The position numbers and the translations under genes were made by a program. A stretch of 64,000 nt of DNA from Gammaproteobacteria bacterium (GTDB lineage Bacteria; Pseudomonadota; Gammaproteobacteria; Ga0077536). Below the pieces are notes generated by a model. That model ran no database searches. It was not told where the DNA came from and was given only the letters and a program-made list of their open reading frames with translations. Shown here in pieces: positions 1 through 9,399 of this stretch. Position 1 is the stretch's first letter. Every line of letters begins with the position of its first letter. The stretch is from assembly GCA_021773835.1 (NCBI GenBank), contig JAJFJQ010000060.1, forward strand, positions 8,540 to 72,539, in the 5' to 3' direction.

Positions 1-897
1 GCGCTTAGCATGCAGTAGAAATGAGGAATAAACGCCGGCATACCCCATTATCAAAGAGTCGCGATCGAGGCGAATGAGTTGGTCCATCAGTGGCACGATG
101 ACATCTTCGGCAACGTTCATGAGTTTGAAAACATCAACGCCAGTCGTCGCGCCCATTCGGTCGAGCACCGCATTAAATGCTTCAAGCGGTGTATTGCCGG
201 CGCCGGCGCCCAAGCCCGCAGCCGACCCGTCTATACGATTGGCGCCGGCTTCAACCGCGGCGAGCGAGTTTCCTACGCCCATAGCCAGATTGTGATGACC
301 GTGAAACCCTAACTCCGTGTCCGGTTTTAAGGCGTCGCGCAGGGTTGAAATTCTGGCGCTCACGTCATCCGGCAACATATAACCGGCTGAGTCCGTGCAG
401 TAGATGCAATTGGCACCGTAGCTTTCCATCAGCTTAGCCTGCGTCAGTAGATCTTCAGGCCCCGCCATGTGCGCCATCATTAAAAAGCCAACCGTATCGA
501 AGCCCATTTCCCGAGCCTTCATGATGTGCTGCTCGGAGACGTCGGCCTCCGTACAGTGTGTTGCAACACGAACAGTGTTGACCCCACAGTCTTTGATCAT
601 GTGCAAATGATCGACCGTGGCAATCCCCGGGATCAGTAGCGCCGAAATTTTAGCCTGCTTCATTTCGGGAATAACGGCTCGCAGATATTCTTCGTCGCTC
701 GCCGCCGGAAAGCCGTAGTTCACAGAGGCGCCGCCGAGACCGTCGCCATGGGTGACTTCAATAAGCGGCACTCCGGCATCATCGAGCGCACGCGCGACGG
801 CAACCATTTGTTCAGGTGTGATTTGGTGGGCCTTCGCATGCATGCCATCGCGCAACGACATGTCATGTAGGGTGACGTTTTTGCCTTCGAGATCCAT
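1..897 (-). CDS. dmpG: 4-hydroxy-2-oxovalerate aldolase (DmpG/BphI/MhpE family). C-terminus runs off the window start, so partial.
   Basis: Manual reverse translation from the ATG at 897 gives [58 protein letters not shown]...[17 protein letters not shown]...GYAGVYSSF. Motifs [14 protein letters not shown] and [10 protein letters not shown] are characteristic of this family. The start lies 12 nt after the stop of the upstream acetaldehyde dehydrogenase gene. The ORF track misses it because it has no stop inside the window. Confidence 0.85.
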   Translation of the reverse strand, partial: MDLEGKNVTLHDMSLRDGMHAKAHQITPEQMVAVARALDDAGVPLIEVTHGDGLGGASVNYGFPAASDEEYLRAVIPEMKQAKISALLIPGIATVDHLHMIKDCGVNTVRVATHCTEADVSEQHIMKAREMGFDTVGFLMMAHMAGPEDLLTQAKLMESYGANCIYCTDSAGYMLPDDVSARISTLRDALKPDTELGFHGHHNLAMGVGNSLAAVEAGANRIDGSAAGLGAGAGNTPLEAFNAVLDRMGATTGVDVFKLMNVAEDVIVPLMDQLIRLDRDSLIMGYAGVYSSFLLHAKR

Positions 898-908
898 TGT
901 CGTTCTCC

Positions 909-1829
909 TTACGCGCTCGCGGCGGTCAATACCAAACTACCATCGAGGATCTCCTCGGCAAACATCTCCGCCGTGCGTAGTGCTGCGGCGGTCATGATGT
1001 CGAGATTGCCGGCGTACTTCGGGAGATAATCTCCAAGCCCCTCGACCTCAAGAAAAATTGAGACGCGTTTGCCATCGAACACTGGTCCGTTTTTCAATCG
1101 ATAGCCGGGCACGTATTTTTGTACTTCGGCGATCATCGCGTGGACCGATTGCGTGATCGCAGCCTCATCGGGTTTGTCTTGCGTTAGGCAGTGCACCGTA
1201 TCGCGCATAATCAATGGCGGTTCTGCGGGATTCAAAATGATGATCGCCTTACCTTGCTTCGCACCACCGATCTGCTCGACCGCACCGGCAGTGGTGCGCG
1301 TAAATTCATCGATGTTCTTACGCGTCCCAGGGCCCGCCGACTTACTCGCCACGGTGGCAATAATCTCGCCGTAATCGACCGCTTGGATCCGAGACACCGC
1401 AGCCACCATCGGGATCGTCGCCTGACCGCCACAAGTCACCATATTGACATTCATTACCTGCTTGCCGACGTGTTCGGCCAGATTCACCGGAGGGATACAA
1501 TACGGCCCAATCGCAGCGGGCGTTAGATCGATCGTCAATACGCCATGGGCGGCGAGCTTGGCTGCGTTTTCCGGGTGAACGTAGGCTGAGGTCGCATCAA
1601 AGGCAATCTTGATGTCGTCGCGCTCGATCGCGCCGAGCAGTCCATCAATCCCCTCATGGGTCGTATTAAGGCCGGCCGCGGCCGCTTGTTTTAGGCCGTC
1701 CGAATCCGCTTCGATCCCAACCATCCATTTCGGATTGATGTGGTCACTGCGTAAGGCCTTAATCATGAGATCGGTGCCGATGTTGCCGGAACCAATGAGT
1801 GCTGCATTAACTTTCACGACAGCCTCCAA
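909..1829 (-). CDS. dmpF: Acetaldehyde dehydrogenase (acetylating), DmpF/MhpF/BphJ
   Basis: 306 aa. N-terminal NAD fold [11 protein letters not shown], with strong similarity to acylating acetaldehyde dehydrogenases throughout. Sits directly upstream of the aldolase gene, as in meta-pathway operons. Confidence 0.9.
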   Translation of the reverse strand: MEAVVKVNAALIGSGNIGTDLMIKALRSDHINPKWMVGIEADSDGLKQAAAAGLNTTHEGIDGLLGAIERDDIKIAFDATSAYVHPENAAKLAAHGVLTIDLTPAAIGPYCIPPVNLAEHVGKQVMNVNMVTCGGQATIPMVAAVSRIQAVDYGEIIATVASKSAGPGTRKNIDEFTRTTAGAVEQIGGAKQGKAIIILNPAEPPLIMRDTVHCLTQDKPDEAAITQSVHAMIAEVQKYVPGYRLKNGPVFDGKRVSIFLEVEGLGDYLPKYAGNLDIMTAAALRTAEMFAEEILDGSLVLTAASA

Positions 1830-1853
1830 TCGATAATAGGTTTGTTGTTGATT

Positions 1854-2645
1854 TCAAACGAAGCGGACGGACGCTTGCCCGATCCCTCCGATTTCCATAT
1901 GCATAGCATCGCCTGCTTGGACGCTCTGCAAAGGCACTAGCGAGCCGGATAGAATCACTTCTCCAGCCTTCAGTTCAATACCGAATGCGCCGAGCGTATT
2001 CGCCAGCCACGCAATCGCATTAACCGGCGATCCCATCGCCGCGGCTCCGGCGCCGGTCGATATAATCTCGCCGTTGAGTGTCACCACAATACCGCAGGTG
2101 GCGAGGTCAACATCCAATGGGCTAACTGCCGTATCACCCAGAACGATCACGCCACACGATGCGTTATCTGCCACGGTGTCTTGAATTTTGATTTTCCAAT
2201 CGCGGATCCGAGAGTCCACAATCTCGAAACACGGCATGACAAAATCGGTCGCAGCCACCACATCGGCATTGGTCACGCCCGGTCCTTGCAAGTCTTGCTT
2301 CAAGACAAATGCGATCTCGCCTTCAGCCTTTGGCTGGATCAGGGTTGTGCTGGCCGGCACCTCTGCGCTATTACCGTAGACCATGGTATCGGTCAAAAAG
2401 CCAAAGTCGGGCTGACGCACGTTGAGCATGTCCATCACGACTTTACTGGTTACCCCGATCTTCTTTCCGATCATCGATTCGCCCGCGCCTAGGCGTCGCT
2501 CAAGCATCCGCAACGACACCTGATAGGCGTCTTCGATCGTGATCTCTGGTGCCTGTTCGGACAGCGGCTCGATAGTCGTGCGCGAACACATCGCATCAAA
2601 GAGTGCGTCACCAAAACCTGCAATTTTCTCTTTATCTAATGCCAT
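1854..2645 (-). CDS. dmpE: 2-oxopent-4-enoate (2-keto-4-pentenoate) hydratase, DmpE/XylJ/MhpD family
   Basis: 263 aa. Near full-length similarity to DmpE-type hydratases: LRMLERRL, GKKIGVTSK, WKIKIQDTVADNASCG, GAGAAA.GSPVN..AWLANTL, and ends ..GGIG.ASVRFV. From sequence alone the DmpH (4-oxalocrotonate decarboxylase) paralog cannot be fully excluded. Confidence 0.8.
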   Translation of the reverse strand: MALDKEKIAGFGDALFDAMCSRTTIEPLSEQAPEITIEDAYQVSLRMLERRLGAGESMIGKKIGVTSKVVMDMLNVRQPDFGFLTDTMVYGNSAEVPASTTLIQPKAEGEIAFVLKQDLQGPGVTNADVVAATDFVMPCFEIVDSRIRDWKIKIQDTVADNASCGVIVLGDTAVSPLDVDLATCGIVVTLNGEIISTGAGAAAMGSPVNAIAWLANTLGAFGIELKAGEVILSGSLVPLQSVQAGDAMHMEIGGIGQASVRFV

Positions 2646-2660
2646 ATTCGTTGCCGCGAT

Positions 2661-4157
2661 TTAAAGTTTTAAGCACACATTACGTAATTCGGTATAGAAC
2701 TCCAGTGAGTGTACCCCACCCTCACGTCCTATCCCCGATTGCTTCGCACCACCGAACGAGGTGCGCAGATCACGCAGGAACCAGCAGTTAACCCAGGTGA
2801 TGCCGACTTCGATTTTCTCTGCAACCCGATGCGCACGCGACGCATTAGTCGTCCAGATTGCGGTAGCCAAGCCGTACCTCGTATCGTTGGCAAGCCGGAT
2901 CGCTTCATCTTCGGTATCGAAGGGCTGGATATGGCAACAGGGACCGAATATCTCCTCTTTAATTATCGGAGAGTCCTCCGGCAGCCCAGTCCAGATCGTC
3001 GGCTCAACCCAAAATCCATCGGCAACGGCGGGCGGCATATCCGGTATACCACCGCCGGTAATAATCGTGGCGCCAAGCTCACGCGCCCTGTCGTAATACG
3101 ACAGTACTTTTTCCCGTTGCTGTCGACTCACCATGGGGCCCATCCCCGTTGCCTCATCACTGGGGATACCGATCGTCATGCCTTCGGCGCGAGCCTTTAG
3201 CCCTGCTACAAATTCATCGAAGATCGAACGTTCAACATAAACCCGTTCCGTGCCAAGACACACTTGCCCGCAGTTGGCGAAAACTGATCGAGCAGTACCT
3301 TCCAAGGCTTGTTCCATGTCGCAATCGGCAAACACAAGCCCAGCATTCTTACCCCCGAGTTCAAATGAGACATCGCGAATGCCAACCGCAGCGTTTTTCA
3401 TAATTGCGGTCCCGGTGACCGTCTCACCGGTAAACGTAATGGCGTCGATTCCAGGATGGCGCGTCAGGTACTCCCCCGTCGAGTCCGTACCAAAACCATT
3501 GATGACATTGAACACCCCTGCCGGCATCCCGACTTCGTTCATCACCTCACCCAGCAAGGTCGTGGTCGACGGTGTTTCTTCAGACGGCTTCACCACCACA
3601 GTGTTGCCGCACGCAAGTGCCGGACCGACCTTCCAAGTCATCAATAACAATGGCAAATTCCACGGCGATATAACCGCGATAACACCCTTCGGCAAACGTA
3701 CGCCATAGTTCAAGGCGCCTGCCCCGTCTGGGGTTTCCATGCGAAAGGCCTCGGTTGGTACGTTTCGGATCACGTCGGCGAAGATCTTAAAATTCGCCGC
3801 ACCACGCGGAATGTCGATATGACGCGCAAGCGAATAAGGTTTGCCCGTATCGCGACACTCGGCCTCGAGAAATTCGTCAAAGCGCTCGTTGATCCGGTCG
3901 GCAACCTTGTATAGGAGGTTAACCCGCGCATCAACGGTGAGCCTACCCCACTCGCCGCGATAGGCGTCCGCGGCCGCATTTACGGCCGCATCAACATCCT
4001 GTTCGGTTGCTTCGTGGACAATTGCGAACACTTCACCAGTAACTGGATCGATGTTGTCGAACGTTTTATTTGCCGATGACGCAACATACCGACCGTCGAT
4101 AAAGTTTTTTATTTCAATAAGCGTCGATTGCGCTGCAGATGATGCTTGTGATGACAT
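2661..4157 (-). CDS. dmpC: NAD+ aldehyde dehydrogenase, 2-hydroxymuconic semialdehyde dehydrogenase type (DmpC/XylG)
   Basis: 498 aa ALDH superfamily protein. Carries ELGGKN, the catalytic Cys context FANCGQVCLGTERVYV and the GTD/STG motifs. Position is between the GST and hydratase genes of the meta-pathway operon. Confidence 0.85.
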   Translation of the reverse strand: MSSQASSAAQSTLIEIKNFIDGRYVASSANKTFDNIDPVTGEVFAIVHEATEQDVDAAVNAAADAYRGEWGRLTVDARVNLLYKVADRINERFDEFLEAECRDTGKPYSLARHIDIPRGAANFKIFADVIRNVPTEAFRMETPDGAGALNYGVRLPKGVIAVISPWNLPLLLMTWKVGPALACGNTVVVKPSEETPSTTTLLGEVMNEVGMPAGVFNVINGFGTDSTGEYLTRHPGIDAITFTGETVTGTAIMKNAAVGIRDVSFELGGKNAGLVFADCDMEQALEGTARSVFANCGQVCLGTERVYVERSIFDEFVAGLKARAEGMTIGIPSDEATGMGPMVSRQQREKVLSYYDRARELGATIITGGGIPDMPPAVADGFWVEPTIWTGLPEDSPIIKEEIFGPCCHIQPFDTEDEAIRLANDTRYGLATAIWTTNASRAHRVAEKIEVGITWVNCWFLRDLRTSFGGAKQSGIGREGGVHSLEFYTELRNVCLKL

Positions 4158-4188
4158 GATTTACTCGCCTGTTTGCTCGCTAGCTTAG

Positions 4189-4998
4189 TTACGCCGCCTT
4201 CGAGCCTCGTTCTTTCAGTAGCGCCTGAATTTTACGCCAAGCCGGTTCACCACGCTGGCGCAGGTCATTGAGCTTGGCGTCGGTAAAATCTGCACTCACG
4301 GCACTTTCATAGGAATCCCGCGAGCGACAGCGTGCGTACCAGTCGGCCACATTTGGACGACTTTCATACCAATCACGCCAGCCAAATTGGTACGGCGTTT
4401 GAAAGTAAGGCGCCATGGCGGCGTCGGCAAGCGAAAACTCATCTCCCGCTATCCATTTTTGCGACGCAAGCACTACTTCTAGGTCGCTGATGGTCTTTTC
4501 GTACACACCAACCCCATCGATGACATCCGGTGCGTCATAGCCCATTTTCAATAGCCGCGTTTGACGTTCGCGCCGTGGTTTCTCCGGCACCGTGGCCATG
4601 ATCCGGTCCTGCTCTTCCTGTGGCAGCAATTTCAATTTATCTGCCATGACCAACGGCCACTGCAGTGCGCCGCAAGAAGGATGCAATTTATTGTCAATGT
4701 GTTTCATCCAATTTCGCATTGAGGCGATTTGATGCGGTTCGGTAGGCCGCATCCGCGGCTCGGGATAACGATCTTCGAGATATTCACAAATGGTCGACGA
4801 TTCGATGACGGGCTTGCCGTCTTCCACCAAAGTTGGCACTACGCCGGCGGGATTAAGTTTTAGGTAATCCGCGGACAGATTCGCTTTGCTTGGCAGATCG
4901 AGATCGATCTTGTCCCACGGTAAGCCTTTTTCCGCTAAAACAATCCGCACCTTCTGCGAACACGGGGACATCGGGTGGGTGTAGAGTTGTAGTCCCAT
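4189..4998 (-). CDS. Glutathione S-transferase family protein, first gene of the lower-pathway operon
   Basis: 269 aa. N-terminal thioredoxin-like GST domain (HPMSPCSQKVRIVLAEKGLPW...VVPTLVEDGKPVIESSTICEYLEDRYPE). AAGGAG RBS about 10 nt upstream of the ATG. Confidence 0.75.
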   Translation of the reverse strand: MGLQLYTHPMSPCSQKVRIVLAEKGLPWDKIDLDLPSKANLSADYLKLNPAGVVPTLVEDGKPVIESSTICEYLEDRYPEPRMRPTEPHQIASMRNWMKHIDNKLHPSCGALQWPLVMADKLKLLPQEEQDRIMATVPEKPRRERQTRLLKMGYDAPDVIDGVGVYEKTISDLEVVLASQKWIAGDEFSLADAAMAPYFQTPYQFGWRDWYESRPNVADWYARCRSRDSYESAVSADFTDAKLNDLRQRGEPAWRKIQALLKERGSKAA

Positions 4999-5210
4999 AG
5001 GGAGACGCTCCTTCAGCGCTGCCGAGCTTGCAACCTGCCATCCGAGGCGTGAAGTGGGCTTAATCGCAGTTAATAATTCGATGTACTGCCGGCATTATAT
5101 CGAGATAATTCAAAAAATCGATATTTTTCTTTTTTATCGATACTCTTCAACATTGACGGCCGGCCTGATATTCTCCTCGAGCACCTTTTCAGCCGAGTTC
5201 CATCTCCTAT

Positions 5211-5885
5211 ATGGCCAAACAAAACGCCAAGACGCTCAGCGAATCAGCCTATGACGCACTGCGTGACGACATTATCCGCGGCCGACTGGAGCCCGAGTCG
5301 AAACTCCGGATCGAGGAATTGCGCCAGTACTATAGTACGGGTGCGAGTCCGCTACGCGAAGCGCTCAATCGCCTTGCCGGAGAAGGATTCGTGACCATGG
5401 AAGGCCAGCGCGGATTCCGGGTCGCGCCATTATCGACCAAGGACTTGAGCGACATCACCCGGCTACGGATCATGCTGGAATGTGAAGCTATCCGTGAAAG
5501 CATGCGTAACGGTGACGATGAATGGGAGGCGGCGGTGGTTGCAGCATCGCACCGCTTGGCCAAAGTCGAATCCGGCGACAAATTGTTTCCCGAATGGGAG
5601 CTCCGCAACCAAGAGTTCCATGAAGCTTTGATCGCAGCCTGTGACTCCGCCTGGTTGCTAAAATTTCGACGTACGCTCTATGAACAACACAAACGCTACC
5701 GCTTGATATCGATACTCGAACACGATCCAAAGCGCGATGTACGTGCCGAACACGAAGCCATCCTGAACGCCGTGCTCGCGCGCGATGAATCAGGTGCCTG
5801 TGCTGCAACCCAGACCCATATCATGCGAACGGTGGAAATTACCGAGCAAGCATTTGCTCATTTGCAATCATCTGCCGAGGAGTAG
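5211..5885 (+). CDS. GntR-family (FadR/FCD subfamily) transcriptional regulator, divergent from the lower-pathway operon
   Basis: 224 aa. N-terminal winged HTH (SESAYDALRDDIIRGRLEPESKLRIEELRQYYSTGASPLREAL) plus a C-terminal FCD-like helical domain. Confidence 0.85.
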   Translation: MAKQNAKTLSESAYDALRDDIIRGRLEPESKLRIEELRQYYSTGASPLREALNRLAGEGFVTMEGQRGFRVAPLSTKDLSDITRLRIMLECEAIRESMRNGDDEWEAAVVAASHRLAKVESGDKLFPEWELRNQEFHEALIAACDSAWLLKFRRTLYEQHKRYRLISILEHDPKRDVRAEHEAILNAVLARDESGACAATQTHIMRTVEITEQAFAHLQSSAEE

Positions 5886-5907
5886 CGACGAGATCACGAT
5901 AACCAAC

Positions 5908-6040
5908 CTCATACCGGGTTCGACTCAGTATCCAGTCGACATTCGATCGTCCGGCGTAACTAATTCGCCACGATGGATCCCGGCCTACGCCGGAATGACG
6001 GCGGATTAATAACGTCATACCGGGCTTGACCCGGTATCCA
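5908..6040. repeat. REP-like compound hairpin repeat, copy 1. Contains the palindrome ATACCGGGCTTGACCCGGTAT.
   Basis: 5979-6000 (CCCGGCCTACGCCGGAATGACG) and 6013-6040 (CGTCATACCGGGCTTGACCCGGTATCCA) recur almost identically at 27451-27472 and 27546-27573. The 28-mer is 28/28 identical between copies. 5908-5935 is a degenerate third copy of the same 28-mer. Confidence 0.7.
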
Positions 6041-6087
6041 TTTAGCCTGACCGCGACAGTCGAAAAATTGCTAGTCGATGTCGTTAT

Positions 6088-7275
6088 CTAGCAGGCTTCG
6101 AATAATCCAGCCGCACCCATGCCCTTACCAATACACATCGACACGAGACCGAGTTTCTTCTTCCTCCGCCGCAATTCACGAATGGCAACTCCCGTCACCC
6201 GCGACCCAGTCATGCCGAACGGATGACCGATCGAAATTGAACCGCCGTTAACGTTATAGATGTCATTATCAATGCCGAGGGCATCACGACAATATAGGCA
6301 CTGCGAGGCGAACGCCTCGTTCAGTTCGACGAGATCGATGTCATCGAGACTCAGATTTTTGTATTGAAGCAAACGCGGTATCGCAAACACGGGGCCTATT
6401 CCCATTTCGTCAGGCTCACATCCGGCGACCGCAAAACCGCGGAAATATGCCAGCGGCTCGAGACCGAGTTGCTCGGCGCGGCGTTCGGACATCAACAGCG
6501 TCATTGAAGCGCCATCGGACAATTGTGACGCGTTGCCGGCGGTTACCGAGCCACCCTCTTCAAATGCCGGTCTAAGTTTTGCCAGACCTTCAAGCGTGGT
6601 CTCTGGTCGATTACATTCATCACGGTCGACCGTACCTTCGACGATCGCCGTTTCCTTGGTTTCCTTATTCATCATCTTGAGCCACTTGACGGTCATCGGT
6701 GCAATTTCGTCCTGCACGTAGCCCGCCTCGGCCGCAGCGGCATAGCGCTGCTGGCTTTGAAGCGCAAACTCGTCTTGTGCTTCTCGTGTGACCTTGTAGC
6801 GCCGGGCGACAACTTCCGCTGTATTGCCCATCAACATGAAGATATCCGGCTTGTTTGCTTCCAAGGTCGGATTGTTATCAAACTCGGCGGGCTTACCACG
6901 TTCAAGTCCGGTAATGGATTCAACGCCGCCGGCGATAGCAATTTCGCTGCACCCGCTCGCAATCTGCGTTGCCGCAACGGAGATCGCATTCAGCCCGGAC
7001 GAACACGCCCTGCTCAAAGTCATTGCCGAGACGCTTATTGGCAGCTTCGACAACGCGACCGAATGTCGCGCCATATTCGCCGATTGCTCGCCAATCTGGC
7101 GTGCGCAGCCGAGAACAACGTCTTCAACCTCATCCGGCGCGAACGCTGGATTCCGCTCCAGCAACGCATCGATGCAATGCGCCACCAGATCGTCGGCTCG
7201 GGTTAAGTTGAACGTACCGCGATGCGATTTGGCAAGACCGGTGCGAATGTTATCGACGATAACGACTTGGCTCAT
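6088..7275 (-). CDS. Acetyl-CoA C-acyltransferase (thiolase)
   Basis: 395 aa. Thiolase signatures: LSRACSSGLNAI, NVNGGSISIGHPFGMTGSR, CIGKGMGAA. Confidence 0.9.
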   Translation of the reverse strand: MSQVVIVDNIRTGLAKSHRGTFNLTRADDLVAHCIDALLERNPAFAPDEVEDVVLGCARQIGEQSANMARHSVALSKLPISVSAMTLSRACSSGLNAISVAATQIASGCSEIAIAGGVESITGLERGKPAEFDNNPTLEANKPDIFMLMGNTAEVVARRYKVTREAQDEFALQSQQRYAAAAEAGYVQDEIAPMTVKWLKMMNKETKETAIVEGTVDRDECNRPETTLEGLAKLRPAFEEGGSVTAGNASQLSDGASMTLLMSERRAEQLGLEPLAYFRGFAVAGCEPDEMGIGPVFAIPRLLQYKNLSLDDIDLVELNEAFASQCLYCRDALGIDNDIYNVNGGSISIGHPFGMTGSRVTGVAIRELRRRKKKLGLVSMCIGKGMGAAGLFEAC

Positions 7276-7508
7276 GGTGATGCGACTCCAATTTGGTATT
7301 TATGACACGGGATCATGGGACAAACGCTGACTTCGGACAAGGCGCAACAGTAATCGTTCGATTGACAATCTAGGTATTGATCTACGAGGCATTGTCGCTC
7401 GCGCAGCTCGTGCCGCAAAACCGATTCCGCCGGAGTCCGTTCTCGCCATTAATGCCCGATCAATTCCGAGCATGGCTTAATTGCCTACTGAGTGCTGCTG
7501 ATGCGTCG

Positions 7509-7856
7509 TTATTTCTTACGGTGCGCGGTGGCAACAGTTTGGCGCCACACTTTGCCGTTTCTCATGATGAACGTATCGGTTCCAAAGTCGAAAACATACT
7601 TTTCCGACTCTGCAGTCCAGGTGATGTAAACCATATCATCGCTGGCTTGATTGTCGATGAGATCGAAACGGCTACCCGCAGGCAGCCAATCGTTCAGCCA
7701 TAACGTAAAAAATTCGCGTGCGCCCGCCAAGCCGGTGAATTGCTTATCGCCATACATCATTACGCTGTCTTCGCTATAGTCGCTGAGGATCCCCTCCATA
7801 TCGCCGTTGCCAAACACTTCCAGATGATGGGCAAATATGTCCGCTGCTGCACTCAT
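7509..7856 (-). CDS. NTF2-like / SnoaL-like small protein
   Basis: 115 aa, acidic, no TM. Fold-level resemblance only. Confidence 0.5.
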   Translation of the reverse strand: MSAAADIFAHHLEVFGNGDMEGILSDYSEDSVMMYGDKQFTGLAGAREFFTLWLNDWLPAGSRFDLIDNQASDDMVYITWTAESEKYVFDFGTDTFIMRNGKVWRQTVATAHRKK

Positions 7857-7990
7857 GGTTCACTCCCGAAGATTGGATTGACGCAAAATATGCGAATATC
7901 TACTGCTTAAGTTGTAGGAATGGCGCCGCTCACCGTGCTCAATACTGCGCGCGGAGATCCCACCAAAGCTGACGCGCGGCGAATTCGCTG

Positions 7991-9055
7991 TTAGCGAAAA
8001 TGCGGCATCACAGCGCTGGCAAATAGTTCGAGATACTTGTCCATCTGCGCTGCGGGCATTCCCGGTGGAACGGTCCACGTATAGTAACGCTCAATGCCGG
8101 TGGCTTCGACATAGGCACCAATTGCATCGACGGCGGCTTGCGGCGTCAACACTTGCAGCATGCCGGATTCGCGCAACTGCTGTTCATTGTTTGTTTCCGG
8201 GTACGGCGTTTGGCCGGCTTCTTTCAACCACACGTTGTACATCTGCATCTGATAGATAATGTACGGCGCGACTTCGGCGAATGTCTCGCGCGGATTATTC
8301 GACACGATAAGCCAAAAATGACCGCCAGCAAGACGCCCCGCGTGTTCCTTGCCAAGCCGTTTCAGCTCTTCGCGATACACCGGCACCAACGCGGACATGT
8401 CGCCGGTGCCAATAAAACCATCGCCGAGCCGCGCGGCCCGCTTCGCGGCGGCTGCCGCGAAGCCACCGACCCATAACGGTGGGCGCGGCTGCTGTACCGG
8501 CATTGGTGCAAGTTTCGCACCCTTGACCGTGTAATGCTTACCATTGAAGTCGAGCGTTTCACCCGCCCACAATCGACGGATTATTTCTAAGCCCTCGTTA
8601 ATGCGTCCGGCGCGATCTCGTCGACTCAGCCCAAGACCTTCAAACTCCTGCGGTCGATAGCCAATCCCTACGCCAAGCTCAAATCGTCCATTGGAAAGAA
8701 TATCAATCGTGGCGCCGTCTTCGGCAACCCGGACCGCATCATGCAACGGTAGAAGGAGGACCGCAGTCCCAATGCGAATGGTCTTCGTCCGCACAGCAAC
8801 CGCGGCCGCCAGCGGCAATATCGACGGTGCATGACCGTCTTCACAAAAATGATGCTCGGTTAGCCACACATCGTCGTAGCCAATCGTTTCCGCCCAGGCT
8901 ATCTGGTCGAGGGTTTCCGCGTAGATTTCTCGGTCCGGACGATGCCAAGCCAGTGGGTTACGTAGGGAATACCACAACCCGAACTTAAGCTTAGGAACGC
9001 TCATAAGGTCTGCCTGCGCCACATCGATCCAAACATCACCATGCACGAAGCACAC
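7991..9055 (-). CDS. LLM-class (luciferase-like) flavin-dependent oxidoreductase
   Basis: 354 aa TIM-barrel LLM family: WLTEHHF, GVGIGYRPQEFEGLG, PLWVGG. Confidence 0.8.
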   Translation of the reverse strand: MCFVHGDVWIDVAQADLMSVPKLKFGLWYSLRNPLAWHRPDREIYAETLDQIAWAETIGYDDVWLTEHHFCEDGHAPSILPLAAAVAVRTKTIRIGTAVLLLPLHDAVRVAEDGATIDILSNGRFELGVGIGYRPQEFEGLGLSRRDRAGRINEGLEIIRRLWAGETLDFNGKHYTVKGAKLAPMPVQQPRPPLWVGGFAAAAAKRAARLGDGFIGTGDMSALVPVYREELKRLGKEHAGRLAGGHFWLIVSNNPRETFAEVAPYIIYQMQMYNVWLKEAGQTPYPETNNEQQLRESGMLQVLTPQAAVDAIGAYVEATGIERYYTWTVPPGMPAAQMDKYLELFASAVMPHFR

Positions 9056-9399
9056 AGCAGAGGTGTCGCTGGCACAGCGATCACTTGCACACTCCGTTGC
9101 AGCACGTGCTCGCCACCGTTTCGATCATTGACCATTGCATTGAATCGCCCTTGAAAACGCGCGCTAATCGGACATATCACCTTACCAAACATACCAATCG
9201 TAGTCGCGGCGGTGGCCATGTCGAAGGTGTCGCTGCTAGAAAGTGTCGGCGCTACCCCAAACCGTGTAATTCGATCTGCTCCATTCAACAAGTGATCGTT
9301 CGCAACCTGTGTCAAATCTTGGCCCAAATCATTAAGCTTCACTCCAACCGGGTTCTTTCGAGCAATAATCAGACTCAAATTAGCGGAGGAAGTAGGCAC

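Noticed and set aside
7377-7703. 108-aa plus-strand ORF antisense to the NTF2-like gene, and dozens of similar 60-170-aa ORFs embedded in or antisense to long genes (for example 1153-1526, 2709-3708, 16511-17032, 43045-44448, 49768-50247)
   Set aside because: In GC-rich DNA, long antisense ORFs are expected by chance. They show no family resemblance and overlap well-supported genes.
9085-9399. N-terminal 105-aa extension of the amidase ORF (track start 9085)
   Set aside because: The extension is low-complexity and Arg-rich. A GGAGGA RBS precedes the ATG at 9400, where the amidase homology begins, so the extension is treated as untranslated.
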